64,000 nucleotides of DNA from an uncultured Candidatus Binatia bacterium (GTDB lineage Bacteria; Desulfobacterota; Binatia; UBA9968; JAJDTQ01). Both the position numbers and the translations under genes were made by a program. The notes beneath the pieces are model-generated. The model was given only the letters and a program-made list of their open reading frames with translations, did not search any database and was not told where the DNA came from. The number at the start of each line of letters is the position of its first letter. The stretch's first letter is position 1. The DNA is taken from positions 1,536,001-1,600,000 of the forward strand of contig OZ251459.1 in the NCBI GenBank assembly GCA_965242525.1, given 5' to 3'. Of this stretch, positions 39,357 to 50,339 are shown piece after piece.

Positions 39357-41827
39357 AGACCTGCGCGCTGGCCCTGTGCCTGGCGCTCCTGCTCCCGGCT
39401 TCCGCCTGGGCGCGGGGGGCCGGGGGCGCCATGGAGCGGCTGCGGGACCCCCTGTCCGGCTTCGACCCCTTCGAGCAGCCAGTGACGGCCGAAAGGTACT
39501 TTCCCGACGAGACCGAGAAGCGCGTGCGCCGGGTCCTCATCGACGCCCTCACCCGCCGCACCGAAGGGTTCCGCGAACACGTCCGCTATTTCGAGGAGCA
39601 GGAGGAGAACGCGGACGGCGGACTCGCCCACCTCGTGAGGGACCTCCACGACGGCAACCTCACGGACCGGGAAGCTTACCGGGACGCGCAACGAAGGGCG
39701 CTGGCCGAAGCCCCCTCCGACGTGCGGCAACGGGCGGTCCGCGCCCGGCTGCGCCGGGACGAGCTGGAAAGGGCCGACTCGCTGATGGCCGAGAGCCGGG
39801 TCGGGCGCTGGAACGCGCTCCTGAACCGCTTGCTGGGGCCGGTGGACCTGGTGAAGCTCGCGTCGGGATCCTACGTCACCGCGGCGGTGGATACCGCCTT
39901 CGCGGAGTTGCGGCGGGCCCGGGCGCCGCACATGCCCGCGGCCAAGCGCAAGGCCCTGGTGCTCTACAAACGCTTCCTGGAGCGTTTCCCGGACGACCCC
40001 CGGCGCGCGGAAGTGGAGCGGAAGATCGCCGACCTGGAAGCGGACCGGAAGGGCGCCTGGGTCCACGGCCGCCTGGCCCGTGCGGGCGAGGCGCTGGAGC
40101 GCGGGAAGGTCGGGGAGGCGGAGTTCCATGCCTACCTGGCCGCGGTGGCGGACCCGGAGGCCGAAGACGTGGAGCAGCGGTTCGAGGAGATCGACGCGGC
40201 CCGGGAGGCCCGGGACCAAGCCCGGCGCCGGAACCTTTCCGTGGCCGACGCCGACAGCTTGGCCGACGCCACCCCCGAGCAAAAGAGGGACCTGCGGGGG
40301 TTGCTGTACGCCCTGGCCAGGGGGGACGCCGCAGGGGCCGGGGAGCGGGCCCGGGACATGGGACGCCGCTACGCCCACGAGACCCTGGGGACCCTGGCCA
40401 AGGACGCCGAGGCCGTGGCCCTGGATCTCCGCGGACGCCGCGAAGCGGCCAAGGAGGTCCTGAACGAGATCGCCAACGCCGCCCCGTCCCCGAGACTGCG
40501 GCAACGGGCCCGGACGCTGCTGGACAGCCCGGAATACAACCTGCTGGGAGCGCTGGACCGGGCCCGCACCGGCTACCACCTGAAGCAGTTGCGGTTCGTG
40601 CTGCTGGGGGAGGACTTCCTCGAGAAGAACGCCATGGTCGGCGCGGCGCCGGTGATCACCCACGGCGTGGCCGGGGCCGCCACCCTGGGCGCGGCGAACG
40701 TCCTGATGGTGAGCGCCAACGTGCTGGAGATGCTCAGCGGGAACCCGGTGTCCAACCAGGCCGTCATCGACGCCGCGGCCCGGTACGTCCGCGTCCGGCC
40801 GGACTCCGGGAAGTCCGGCGACGTTTACCGGGTGCTGGGCGAGGCCTACGAGAGCAGAGGCCACCTGCACAAGGCGCTGTACTACTACAGGCTCTCCGGC
40901 AAGGTTCCGTCCGAAGAGACCCGGGCGCTGGAGGAGAGGGCCGGGCGAGCCCTGCTGGACGCGGCCGAAGGGACCGGCTCCCGGGAGCGGCAGCGGACCC
41001 TGTACCGGGCGCTCCTGGAGCATTACCCCGACACCGCGGCGGGCGAGCAGGCCAAGGGCCTGCTCGCCCGGCTGGTCTCCGCCAAGGGCCGCGGCTTCCG
41101 GTTGAGCAAACGCTTCCTCACCGACCACCCGCGCCTGCATGGACCGCAGGGGCTCGGCCTCAAGGCCGCCCTCTTCGACGGCAGCCTCGACAACCTGGAA
41201 TTGGCCGACACCGGCCTCAACGTCCTCGGACGCCACACGGTGATGCTGCACTACGACACCCCGTGGGGGCCGCAAAGCCGCGCCTATCCCATCGCCCGGA
41301 CCCGGGTGGAGGGGCTGGAAGCGCTGTTGCGCGAACGGCACTACGAGCGCGCGGCCATGGACGTGGACGAAAGGGACGAGGACAGCGTCGGCGGGTTCCC
41401 CGAATTCCCGGCCCGGTTGATGCGGCCGGAAGCCGCGGAGCGCGGCCGGGACGCCGCGGACCGGGAGTTCATACGCCGGACCGGGCGCGCCGCGGAGCCG
41501 CGCCCGCGCATACTCGACTACCAACTGCTGAGCGAGAAGGAATCGGACCCCCAGCGAGCCTACGGCCTGCCCACGCTCCAAGGCGGCGTGACCGCGTCCG
41601 GAGGGGTCAACGTGCGCGCAGACGCGCCCGGGTCCTTCCTGGCCGACGAACTGGTGATGGGCAACGACGCCGCCAGCCCCTACGCGGGCGCCCGGCTGCC
41701 GATACCCTTCCTCAAGGGTTTCGTCCCGGTGGACTTCATGGTCCGCGTGCGCCCCGGACTGCCGTCCGTCACGCCCCAGATCCGCAAACCGAAGACCACC
41801 GTGGACGATCCCCACCTATACGAGTGA
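39353..41827 (+). CDS. Large exported TPR-like hypothetical protein
   Basis: Signal peptide MKTCALALCLALLLPASAWA; TPR-like motifs (YKRFLERFPDDP, LGEAYESRGHLHKALYYY, LLEHYPDT); ATGA overlap with previous gene. Confidence 0.7.
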   Translation: MKTCALALCLALLLPASAWARGAGGAMERLRDPLSGFDPFEQPVTAERYFPDETEKRVRRVLIDALTRRTEGFREHVRYFEEQEENADGGLAHLVRDLHDGNLTDREAYRDAQRRALAEAPSDVRQRAVRARLRRDELERADSLMAESRVGRWNALLNRLLGPVDLVKLASGSYVTAAVDTAFAELRRARAPHMPAAKRKALVLYKRFLERFPDDPRRAEVERKIADLEADRKGAWVHGRLARAGEALERGKVGEAEFHAYLAAVADPEAEDVEQRFEEIDAAREARDQARRRNLSVADADSLADATPEQKRDLRGLLYALARGDAAGAGERARDMGRRYAHETLGTLAKDAEAVALDLRGRREAAKEVLNEIANAAPSPRLRQRARTLLDSPEYNLLGALDRARTGYHLKQLRFVLLGEDFLEKNAMVGAAPVITHGVAGAATLGAANVLMVSANVLEMLSGNPVSNQAVIDAAARYVRVRPDSGKSGDVYRVLGEAYESRGHLHKALYYYRLSGKVPSEETRALEERAGRALLDAAEGTGSRERQRTLYRALLEHYPDTAAGEQAKGLLARLVSAKGRGFRLSKRFLTDHPRLHGPQGLGLKAALFDGSLDNLELADTGLNVLGRHTVMLHYDTPWGPQSRAYPIARTRVEGLEALLRERHYERAAMDVDERDEDSVGGFPEFPARLMRPEAAERGRDAADREFIRRTGRAAEPRPRILDYQLLSEKESDPQRAYGLPTLQGGVTASGGVNVRADAPGSFLADELVMGNDAASPYAGARLPIPFLKGFVPVDFMVRVRPGLPSVTPQIRKPKTTVDDPHLYE

Positions 41828-41871
41828 CCGGCCTCCGCCGGACTCGCGTCATCCGGCAAGCGCGCCGCCGG

Positions 41872-42852
41872 TCAATTGCGTTCCCGGCTCCCTCGACGTT
41901 TCCCGGTCCATTCGAGCGCCAGCCGTTCCGCCTCCGCGACCTCCTCCGAGGTCATTTTCTCCTGCAGCGCCTTGCGCGTCTTGGTCCACTCCGCTTCTCC
42001 CTCGCCCGAGTTCAGGACAGCCAGATGAGCCCACATGTGCGCAAGCACGAGGTCCCGGCCGACGCCGTGGCCCGTGAGGTACCGGATGCCCAGGTGGGCC
42101 TGCGCCCCGGGCAACCCCCGCTCGGCCGCCAGACGGCACCAGCGCACGGCTTCCACCTGGTCCTGCGGAACCCCGTGGCCCCGGGAATACATCACTGCAA
42201 GGTTGTACACCGCGCCCACGTGTCCCTGTCCGTCCGCCGCAGCCAGGCGGTACCAATGCACCGCCTTCTCGTAGTCCCGGGCCACCCCCTGCCCCTTTTC
42301 GTGCATGACGCCCATGTTGTATTGCGCACGGCGCTCCCCCTGTTCCGCGGCCAAGCGGAGCCAACGCAACGCCTCCACGTAGTCCTGGTCCACCCCGTGC
42401 CCCAGGTAATACATGGCGCCGAGTTGCGACTGGGCCAGGGAAAAACCCTGCTCCGCGGCCAAGCGGAACCAGCGCACCGCCTCCAGGTGGTCTTTGGGAA
42501 CCCCCCGTCCCTGCCCATACGCGACCCCGGTATCGTATTGCGCCGGCGGGAACCCCTGTTCGGCGGCAGCGCGATACCAGCGCACCGCCGCAACGTCGTC
42601 TTCAGACACTCCGTGACCCATGTCATGGATGACGCCAAGGACGTGCTGCGCTTCGGCGTTGCCCTGTTCCGCCGCGGCTCGGCACCCGACGACCCTCTCG
42701 GCCCAATCCCTGTCCTTGTCGAGACACGTCTCGACGGAGGCCCGCTGCGTCGGCGTCTCGGCCAGGGCGCGCGCGAACCCAACCCCCAACGCAACCCAGA
42801 CCAGGCTCGACGCGAGAAGCACGGAAACCGTTGCTCGAATCTGTTCAGTCAT
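41872..42852 (-). CDS. Exported Sel1-like repeat protein
   Basis: Start MTEQIR with signal-like N-terminus; about six AAEQG..AQY.LG.MY..G.GV..D..EAVRW repeats. Confidence 0.9.
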   Translation of the reverse strand: MTEQIRATVSVLLASSLVWVALGVGFARALAETPTQRASVETCLDKDRDWAERVVGCRAAAEQGNAEAQHVLGVIHDMGHGVSEDDVAAVRWYRAAAEQGFPPAQYDTGVAYGQGRGVPKDHLEAVRWFRLAAEQGFSLAQSQLGAMYYLGHGVDQDYVEALRWLRLAAEQGERRAQYNMGVMHEKGQGVARDYEKAVHWYRLAAADGQGHVGAVYNLAVMYSRGHGVPQDQVEAVRWCRLAAERGLPGAQAHLGIRYLTGHGVGRDLVLAHMWAHLAVLNSGEGEAEWTKTRKALQEKMTSEEVAEAERLALEWTGKRRGSRERN

Positions 42853-42931
42853 GGCGTTTCCTCCCGTTTTTCCTTCCTGCCCGCCGGTAACGCGGCGATG
42901 GCTATCGATCCCGGTTGCTTTCCGACCGATC

Positions 42932-43504
42932 CTAGTCGAGGCTCGTGTTATAGAAAAGATCACGGGTGCTGTTCGGCTGCTCCTGGTCGCTGTCGGACGA
43001 CCCGAAGAAGTAGTCGAAGACCGCACGCGCGGCGTTGGCAACCGCCTCTTGACACTCAGGATCCGTGATAAGCGAGTGTACGAGACTGATGCCCCCCGCG
43101 ATGTCGATGGGTGAACCCATCTCCCCCATCCCCCGCGTTCCGGTGACGAAGAAACTCTCGTCCCCGTTGGGGTCATAGAGCTCTCCGGTCGCAGCGGCAA
43201 TGGGATCGAACCCCATCGAGGACATTGCCGCAGACGCCCCACATGCCCCGGTCGGCACGGGCGCGGGTCCGGACGAGGATTCGGACGACGCTTCCGCAAC
43301 CCCTTCGTCCGCGTCCGCTGCGCAACTGCAATCGCACTCGCAACCGCAGCCACAACCGCACCCGCAGCCACAACCGCAGTCACAGCCGCATCCGCAACCA
43401 CACCCGCACCCGTGGGTCTCCAGGTCGAGGTCTTCGTCACGGGCATCGAGCAGCCATGTGGTCGTCACGGCGCCTGCCTGGGCGGAACCTTCCATCGTTT
43501 GCAT
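42932..43504 (-). CDS. Cys-X repeat protein with 15 alternating Cys (RiPP precursor- or metallothionein-like)
   Basis: RBS GGAAGGAG 8 nt before ATG at 43504; acidic leader, then (CG)4CD(CG)6CECDCSC encoded with mixed synonymous codons. Confidence 0.65.
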   Translation of the reverse strand: MQTMEGSAQAGAVTTTWLLDARDEDLDLETHGCGCGCGCGCDCGCGCGCGCGCGCECDCSCAADADEGVAEASSESSSGPAPVPTGACGASAAMSSMGFDPIAAATGELYDPNGDESFFVTGTRGMGEMGSPIDIAGGISLVHSLITDPECQEAVANAARAVFDYFFGSSDSDQEQPNSTRDLFYNTSLD

Positions 43505-43625
43505 GCCATGTTCTCCTTCCGTGTTGTGTTTATCGCCCACACAGAAGCAGATCGACCCGTCGGCATGGAACTTTAGGAAACCCCGGACAATTCCGGCTCG
43601 AACTCCGTCTCCCTATGGAAAGCGC

Positions 43626-43746
43626 ATCCTTCGACTTCGCTTCGCTACGCTCAGGATGAACGGAGGACTTCGCTGTACTCGGGACGAACGGGGAACTTCA
43701 CTGCGCCATGCTTCCTTCGACTTCGCTATGCTCAGGAGGAACGGGG
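43626..43746. repeat. REP-like family A tandem cluster
   Basis: CCTTCGACTTCGCTTCGCTACGCTCAGGATGAACGG plus two degenerate copies. Confidence 0.8.
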
Positions 43747-43879
43747 TGGCTGTCCGGGGTTTCCTTTGTCCGAAGCGGGGAAGTCCTGGCAATGGCGGAT
43801 GAGATTCTCTATGCTTGGCGCACGTCCGAGAGGACGTCGTTCCGATCCATGGCAACGTAGTCGATCCCCGGAGGACAAC

Positions 43880-44272
43880 ATGAGAAAACCGCTTCAACCC
43901 CAGACCATTCCCGACCCCCGGCCGCGTTACTCCCAAGGCATACTCGCCGAAGGGAAACGCCTGCTCTTCATCGCCGGCCAGACCGCGGTGGACGCCGACG
44001 GCAACGTGGTGGGCAAGGGCGACGCCGGGGCCCAGGCCGAGCAGGTCCTGAAGAACATGAAGTCGGTCCTGGACGAGGCGGGCGCCTCCTTCGCCGACGT
44101 GGTCAAGATCACCACCTACGTCACCGACCCGCGGCATCGGGACGCCTTGGGCCCGGCGCGGCTCAAGTACTTCGGCGCCGACCCGCCCGCGAGCACCCTG
44201 GTGGTGGTCAGCGGCCTAGCCAACCCCCACTACCTGGTGGAGATCGAGGCCATCGCCGTGCTGCAGGACTGA
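43880..44272 (+). CDS. RidA/YjgF family protein
   Basis: YSQG, LFIAGQ, VVKITTYV, PPASTLVVVSGL..LVEIEAIA. Confidence 0.85.
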   Translation: MRKPLQPQTIPDPRPRYSQGILAEGKRLLFIAGQTAVDADGNVVGKGDAGAQAEQVLKNMKSVLDEAGASFADVVKITTYVTDPRHRDALGPARLKYFGADPPASTLVVVSGLANPHYLVEIEAIAVLQD

Positions 44273-44429
44273 CGGACCCGGGGAAGTCCCGTAGAAATTC
44301 CGGGCCATTCCGGCCGCCCGGCCATCCGCGTGGACCGCGCCCCCGCCCTCGGACGCATGCGGCTACTGCTCCTTGGCGCTGCCCCTTGTGGCGCTCTACG
44401 CGCGCCCCCGCGCTCGGACGCGGGCGGCG

Positions 44430-45599
44430 TTACGGCTTGATGACGAGGGACGGCTCTCCTTCGACCGCTTCCCCCTCCTCGTCCTTGTAAACGCCCAGGC
44501 TCCGAACCACCAGGGCTTCCAGCAACGGCGCGCCCAGGCTTCCCAGGTCGCCGCGGCGGATGGCCAGGGCCAGCGCGAGGACCGCCCTCGCCTGCTCTTC
44601 CCGGCCCGCGGCATGCATGTGGAGCGCGGCGTCCTCCAGGCGCTGCTCGAACACGAGGGCCAGGTCCGGGTCGAGGAAGATACCCTCCACCGCCTCCCGG
44701 ACGATGCCGCGGAACCGTTCTCGTCGTTGCGCCGGGTTGAGCACGATGCGGCTCCGTTCGGTATCCTCGACCCGCGCAACCCAGGGGTCCATCAGGTCCT
44801 TGTCCACGAACCAGGTGCGGAGTTCCGGATCCTCCAGGAGCTTCTCCGAAACCTCGGAAGGCGTCGGGAAACCGATGGCGTCCGCGTCCATCCGGTCGAA
44901 GACCGGGTGCGCCGGGAGCGAGGCTCTGACGGGGCTCAGGCGGCTCCGCAGCATGGGGTAGTTCGCCACCCCCTCTCCCGACATGTCTCCGGTCCTGTGG
45001 TATGCGTCGTGCATCAACCAGTCCGCGTACTCCCACGGCACGGGAGTGACGGAGGCTTGATTCCGGGCCTTCACGCTCTCCATCATGCGCCGGAAACCCT
45101 TGCGGAGGACCACGACGTCCTCCAGGTATTGGAGACCCAGACGGTCGTTCAAGGCCGCGTCCAGCACCAGCAGGCCGCCGCCGGGTTCCGGGCGCGCCAG
45201 GACTACCAACCGGTCGCCGGCGTTGACGACGGACGAAAGGTAGCCTTCGATCTCCGGCGCCAAGCTGAAGTTCGGCCCGGTCCCGCGGGCTTCGGACTCC
45301 CGCGGCTCCGCGGACACGACCCCTCCCTGGGCCAGCCGGAACAGGGAGCGGCGGATCTCGCGCCGGACCTCCTTGCTGCCCGCCCGCTCTTCCAGGCCCC
45401 CCAGGGCGGCCGCCGAGGCGGCGTCCCGGATGCGGCCCAGGACGTGGACCACCGCCAGGGAGACCTCGGGGTCGGACCCGAACCGCTGGAGCAGCGGATC
45501 CACCAGGGCCGCATCCGGCGATTCCGTCTCCAGACCGTCCTTCCGCAACGTGTCCAGACCGCTCCGGAGGCTCTTCTGCCGCTTGTCCTGCTTGGCCAT
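44430..45599 (-). CDS. Hypothetical protein with HEAT-like N-terminal segment
   Basis: Start MAKQDK; long ORF with host-like codon usage; LGRIRD..VRREIRRSLFRL. Confidence 0.6.
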   Translation of the reverse strand: MAKQDKRQKSLRSGLDTLRKDGLETESPDAALVDPLLQRFGSDPEVSLAVVHVLGRIRDAASAAALGGLEERAGSKEVRREIRRSLFRLAQGGVVSAEPRESEARGTGPNFSLAPEIEGYLSSVVNAGDRLVVLARPEPGGGLLVLDAALNDRLGLQYLEDVVVLRKGFRRMMESVKARNQASVTPVPWEYADWLMHDAYHRTGDMSGEGVANYPMLRSRLSPVRASLPAHPVFDRMDADAIGFPTPSEVSEKLLEDPELRTWFVDKDLMDPWVARVEDTERSRIVLNPAQRRERFRGIVREAVEGIFLDPDLALVFEQRLEDAALHMHAAGREEQARAVLALALAIRRGDLGSLGAPLLEALVVRSLGVYKDEEGEAVEGEPSLVIKP

Positions 45600-45637
45600 G
45601 GTGTCTCTCTTGCCATACGACCGCGGGTTTTCCAATA

Positions 45638-45677
45638 CGTCCTTCGACTCCGCTTCGCTACGCTCAGGACGAACGGG
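45638..45677. repeat. REP-like family A
   Basis: CGTCCTTCGACTCCGCTTCGCTACGCTCAGGACGAACGGG. Confidence 0.85.
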
Positions 45678-45988
45678 AAGAGGATGGCCAGGTGAGGGAA
45701 ATACCCCCATCCACCGGGCGGCGACCACGTGGCGTCACTCCCGAGGGCGGCAGGAAGGCCGCGTGAGGGAATACCCCCCATCCACGACTCGATCGAACGG
45801 CGCGAAGGCCGGACGGTTGACTTGTCCGGCCCTGCCGGTTAATCAAGTGGAGCGACGAACGGGAAGCGCCCTCCCCTTCCAGCATCCCGGGCTGAAACCA
45901 GTTGACGAACCTGCCGGTCCTTCGCATGCGCGGCCGATACGGAGGGCGCGGCTCGCGATCTCGGGGAACGTTACTTCAGGAGGAACAA

Positions 45989-46777
45989 ATGGCGGACGGC
46001 ACCATCGACCAGACGACCGCGGACGGCATCTCCCTCATCGAGTTGAACCACCCGCCGGTCAACTCCTACACCCACGAAATGCTGCGGGAGCTCGACGACG
46101 CGCTGCTGAAGGCGCGCTTCGACGACGGCGCCCACGTGGTCGTGGTCACCGGCAAGGGGGAGAAGTTCTTCTCGGCCGGGGCGGACATCAACATGCTCGG
46201 GACCCAGACCCTCTCCTACAAGTCCAACTTCGCGCTCCACGGCCACGAGGTGCTGATGCGCATGGAGAACACACCCAAACTGGTCATCGCCGCGGTCAAC
46301 GGCCACGCCATCGGCGGCGGGCTCGAGATCGCCATGGCCGCGGACATCCGCATCGCCAGGAAGGACGGCGGCCGGGTGGGCCTGGCCGAGGTGAACATCG
46401 GCGTGATGCCGGGCATGGGCGGCACCCAGCGCCTGCCCCGCCTCGTGGGCCGGGCCAAGGCCCTGGAGCTCTGCGCCACCGGCAAGCAGGTGGCCTTCGA
46501 GGAGGCCCTGGACATGGGGCTGTTCCACTACGTCTATGAACGGGAGAGCTTCATGCAGGACGTCATGGACTACGCCAGGCAGTTCGTGCCGCCCAACAAG
46601 GCCAGCCTGGCCGTGGGCAAGATCAAGCGCGCGGTCCAGTCGGGGGTCGAGACCTCCCTGCCCGAGGGCCTCGCCTTCGAGCGCGAGGTGTTGTCCCAGA
46701 CCTTCGCCAGCGACGACGGCAACGAAGGAGTGAAGGCGTACCTGGAGAAACGGACTGCCAGGTTCAAGGGCCAGTAG
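45989..46777 (+). CDS. Enoyl-CoA hydratase/isomerase family
   Basis: RBS AGGAGG; FSAGADI, AAVNGHAIGGGLE, AEVNIG.MPG.GGTQRLPRLVG. Confidence 0.9.
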   Translation: MADGTIDQTTADGISLIELNHPPVNSYTHEMLRELDDALLKARFDDGAHVVVVTGKGEKFFSAGADINMLGTQTLSYKSNFALHGHEVLMRMENTPKLVIAAVNGHAIGGGLEIAMAADIRIARKDGGRVGLAEVNIGVMPGMGGTQRLPRLVGRAKALELCATGKQVAFEEALDMGLFHYVYERESFMQDVMDYARQFVPPNKASLAVGKIKRAVQSGVETSLPEGLAFEREVLSQTFASDDGNEGVKAYLEKRTARFKGQ

Positions 46778-46872
46778 CCGGGAAGACTTCGGGCCGCGGC
46801 GCCGAACCGGCGCCCGGCGCGGCGGCGACCCATCCAGGCAACCCATCGAATGACACAACCCGGAGGTAACGA

Positions 46873-48330
46873 ATGGCCAAGCTCGTGATCGGCGGTGAGC
46901 TCGTGGACGGCGCGAAGCGGGAGACCTATGAAGTGCGGAACCCGGCGAACGGACAGGTGGTGGACCACGCCGTCAAAGGGTCCGAAGAGGACGTCCGACA
47001 GGCGGTGGACGCCGCGGCCGCGGCCTTCGGGGAATGGTCCGACACCACCCCCGAGGACCGGGGCAAGGTGCTGGAGAGCGCCTGCGGCCTCATCAAGCAG
47101 CGCAGCAAGGACATCGCCCAACTCCTGACCCAGGAACAGGGGAAGACCCTGTTCGAGGCCGGCCTGGAGATCCACCACCTGATCCACGGCCTGGAGTTCT
47201 ACGCCGGCCTGGCCTCGAAGGTGCGGGGCTCGCACGTGCCGTTGCCGCAGAAGAACGCCTACGGCATGGTGGTGCGCCAGCCCATCGGCGTGTGCGGCGC
47301 CATCGTGCCGTGGAACTTCCCGCTGACGCTCATGGGGACCAAGCTGGGTCCCGCCCTGGCCGCGGGCAACACCATCATCGTCAAGCCCGCCTCCACCACC
47401 CCGCTGGCCACCGCCCTGTGCCTGGAACTGATCCAGCAGGCCACCTACGCCGACGGCAAGAAGACCCTGCCCAAGGGGGCGGTGAACTTCGTGAGCGGCC
47501 CGGGGGGCAGCGTGGGCGAGGAGTTGTTGAGCAACCCGCGCATCCGGCGCATCGCGTTCACCGGCTCCACGCCCGTGGGCCGCCACGTCATGGAGGTGGC
47601 CGGGAGGGAGATCAAGCGCGTGACCCTGGAGTTGGGGGGCAGCGACCCCATGATCGTCATGGAGGACGCCAACGTGGACGCGGCCGTGAAGATGGCGGAC
47701 ATCGGGCGCTACTTCAACTGCGGGCAGATGTGCCTGGGGGTGAAGCGCCTGTTCGTGCACGAGTCCATCGCCGAGGAGTTCGTGGGCAAGCTGGCGGCCG
47801 GTCTCGCCAAGAAGGCGGTGGGCGACGGCATGAAGAAGGAAAGCCGCATGGGGCCGCTCCACGTGGACTACCAGCGCACGGAGGTGGAGGAGCAGGTGGA
47901 GGACGCCAAGGCCCGGGGGGGCAAGGCGGTGGCGGGCGGGGCCCGGCCCGAAGGCGCAGAGTTCCAGGACGGCTTCTTCTACCTGCCGACGCTGCTCACG
48001 GACGTGCCCGACGACGCCCGCATCGCCCGGGAGGAATGTTTCGGCCCGGCCCTGCCGGTGTTCACCTTCAAGGACCTGGACGAGGCCATCCAACGGGCCA
48101 ACAGCTCCGAGTTCGGCCTGGGTTCGTCCATCTGGACCGGCAACATGGCCTATGCCAACAAGGCCATCGACAAGCTGGAGGCGGGCAACGTGTGGGTGAA
48201 CTCGCTGCACTACGGCTACGACGAACTGCCCTTCGGCGGCGTCAAGTCCAGCGGCGTGGGGCGGGAGCACGGACCCGAGGCGCTGGACTACTACCTGGAG
48301 CCCAAGGGCGTGGTGGTGGTCAACGTCTAG
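46873..48330 (+). CDS. Aldehyde dehydrogenase
   Basis: [40 protein letters not shown]. Confidence 0.92.
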   Translation: MAKLVIGGELVDGAKRETYEVRNPANGQVVDHAVKGSEEDVRQAVDAAAAAFGEWSDTTPEDRGKVLESACGLIKQRSKDIAQLLTQEQGKTLFEAGLEIHHLIHGLEFYAGLASKVRGSHVPLPQKNAYGMVVRQPIGVCGAIVPWNFPLTLMGTKLGPALAAGNTIIVKPASTTPLATALCLELIQQATYADGKKTLPKGAVNFVSGPGGSVGEELLSNPRIRRIAFTGSTPVGRHVMEVAGREIKRVTLELGGSDPMIVMEDANVDAAVKMADIGRYFNCGQMCLGVKRLFVHESIAEEFVGKLAAGLAKKAVGDGMKKESRMGPLHVDYQRTEVEEQVEDAKARGGKAVAGGARPEGAEFQDGFFYLPTLLTDVPDDARIAREECFGPALPVFTFKDLDEAIQRANSSEFGLGSSIWTGNMAYANKAIDKLEAGNVWVNSLHYGYDELPFGGVKSSGVGREHGPEALDYYLEPKGVVVVNV

Positions 48331-48352
48331 CCACGCGCCTCCGGAGCCGCGG

Positions 48353-48386
48353 ACGGGCGCCGCCGCAGGCCGGTGGCGCCCGTTTT
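48353..48386 (+). terminator. Intrinsic terminator-like hairpin
   Basis: ACGGGCGCCGCCG-CAGGC-CGGTGGCGCCCGT followed by TTT. Confidence 0.5.
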
Positions 48387-48452
48387 CGCGTTGACCCGCG
48401 GTACCCGGAAACCCGGCGCGCCGCAGGCTCCGTCCACAGGACCCGCGTCCCC

Positions 48453-50237
48453 ATGCAGGCGCCAGCCACCCCCCCCTATTCCAGGCCCGCGGGCAAGGAC
48501 GTGCGTCCCCTGAAGCGCCTGGTCCGGTACCTCGGCCCCTACCCGCTGCTGCTGACCCTCGCGGTCCTGTCCCTCCTTGCCGCGGCCGGGGCCACGCTCG
48601 TGCTCCCGGTGGCCGCCCGGCAGATACTGGAGACCGGCTTCGCGGAAGAAAACCGCGCTCTCATGGGCCAACGCTTCCGGTTGCTGCTGGGGGTCATCGC
48701 GGTCCTGGCCGCGGCGTCGGCCAGCCGTTTCTATTTCGTCGCCAAGGTCGGCGAACGGGTGGCCGCGGACATCCGCAAGCAGGTCCACGGGCACCTGCTG
48801 GGCATGGACCCCACGTTCTTCGAAATCACCCCCACCGGCGAGATCCTCTCACGCCTCACCACCGACACCACGCTGATCCAGACGGTGATCGGCTCCGGCG
48901 CTTCCATGGCCTTGCGGAACCTGCTGATCCTCGTGGGCGGGTCCTCCATGCTCCTGGTGACCAGTCCGCGGCTCATGGGCGCGGTCATGGTGCTGATCCC
49001 GCTGGTGCTGCTGCCCATACTCGTGCTGGGCCGGTGGGTGCGCCGCCTGTCCCGGGTGAGCCAGGACCGGGTGGCGGACACCAGCGACGTGGCCGGCGAG
49101 AACCTCGACGCGGTGGCCACGGTCCAGGCGTTCACCCAGGAACGCAGCGAGCAGGAGCGCTTCGGCGCCGCGGTGGAGGCGGCCTACGCCGCGGCCCTGG
49201 CGCGGGTACGCACCCGGGCGCTGCTCGTCTTCCTGGTCATCGCACTCATGTTCGGCGGCGTCGTGGGGGTGCTCTGGATGGGCGCGGAAGCGGTCCTGGG
49301 CGGCCGCATGTCCCCGGGGGTCCTGATCCAGTTCGTCTTCTATGCGGTCTTCGTGGCCGGCGCGGCAGCCGCCCTGAGCCAGGTGTGGGGCGAGGTGCAG
49401 CGGGCCGCGGGGGCCACCGAGCGGTTGATGGAGTTGCTCGACACCCCCCCCGCCATCACCGCGCCCCCGGAGCCCCGGCCCCTGCCCGCGCCCGCCCGGG
49501 GCAAGGTGGAGATCGAGACCGTGGGGTTCCGATACCCTTCCCGCCCCCGCGAACACGCGCTGCAAGGGTTCTCCCTCGCCGTCGAACCCGGCGAGACCGT
49601 GGCCCTCGTGGGCCCTTCCGGGGCCGGCAAGAGCACCGTGTTCAAGCTGCTGCTGCGGCTCTACGACCCCGGCAGCGGACGCATACGGCTGGACGGAGTG
49701 GACCTTCGGGACGCAGACCCCCGGGCCGTGCGCAGCCGCATCGGGCTGGTGCCCCAGGAGACCGTGGTGTTCTCCGCCAACGCCAGGGAGAACATCCGCT
49801 ACGGGCGGCCTGAAGCCACCGACGCCGAAGTGGCCGCGGCCGCCCGGGCCGCGTTTGCGGACGACTTCATCCAGGACCTGCCCGAGCGCTACGACACCTT
49901 CCTGGGCGCGCGGGGCCTGCGCCTCTCCCTGGGCCAGCGCCAACGCATCGCCATCGCCCGGGCCATACTCAAGGACCCGGCGGTGATGCTGCTGGACGAG
50001 GCCACCAGCTCGCTGGACGCGGAAAGCGAACACCTGGTCCACCAGGCCCTGGAGCGCCTGATGGCCAACCGCACCACCCTCATCATCGCCCACCGCCTCG
50101 CCACCGTGCTCCGGGCCCACCGCATCGTGGTCATGGACCGGGGCCGCATCGTGGCCGCGGGCGCCCACGACGAACTCGTGCAGCGGGGCGGACTCTACGC
50201 CCGCCTGGCTTCGTTGCAGTTCGCGCCGGAGGGGTGA
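48453..50237 (+). CDS. ABC exporter, fused permease/ATPase (MsbA-related)
   Basis: TM domain, [17 protein letters not shown] (variant signature), [14 protein letters not shown]. Confidence 0.9.
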   Translation: MQAPATPPYSRPAGKDVRPLKRLVRYLGPYPLLLTLAVLSLLAAAGATLVLPVAARQILETGFAEENRALMGQRFRLLLGVIAVLAAASASRFYFVAKVGERVAADIRKQVHGHLLGMDPTFFEITPTGEILSRLTTDTTLIQTVIGSGASMALRNLLILVGGSSMLLVTSPRLMGAVMVLIPLVLLPILVLGRWVRRLSRVSQDRVADTSDVAGENLDAVATVQAFTQERSEQERFGAAVEAAYAAALARVRTRALLVFLVIALMFGGVVGVLWMGAEAVLGGRMSPGVLIQFVFYAVFVAGAAAALSQVWGEVQRAAGATERLMELLDTPPAITAPPEPRPLPAPARGKVEIETVGFRYPSRPREHALQGFSLAVEPGETVALVGPSGAGKSTVFKLLLRLYDPGSGRIRLDGVDLRDADPRAVRSRIGLVPQETVVFSANARENIRYGRPEATDAEVAAAARAAFADDFIQDLPERYDTFLGARGLRLSLGQRQRIAIARAILKDPAVMLLDEATSSLDAESEHLVHQALERLMANRTTLIIAHRLATVLRAHRIVVMDRGRIVAAGAHDELVQRGGLYARLASLQFAPEG

Positions 50238-50339
50238 GCAAGCCCGCATGATCCTCGACTGACGGGATGATGGGAGGAGACGTCTTGCCTGCGACTTGTA
50301 TCTTGCAGGCCACTGATATACGGATAGGCAACGACGCCG

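Noticed and set aside
43626-43746. Possible CRISPR or tRNA-like array
   Set aside because: It matches the dispersed REP-like family A found in other intergenic regions
43200-43802. Plus-strand ORF with QPHPQP repeats
   Set aside because: Antisense reading of the Cys-X gene; no evident RBS and it runs through REP sequence
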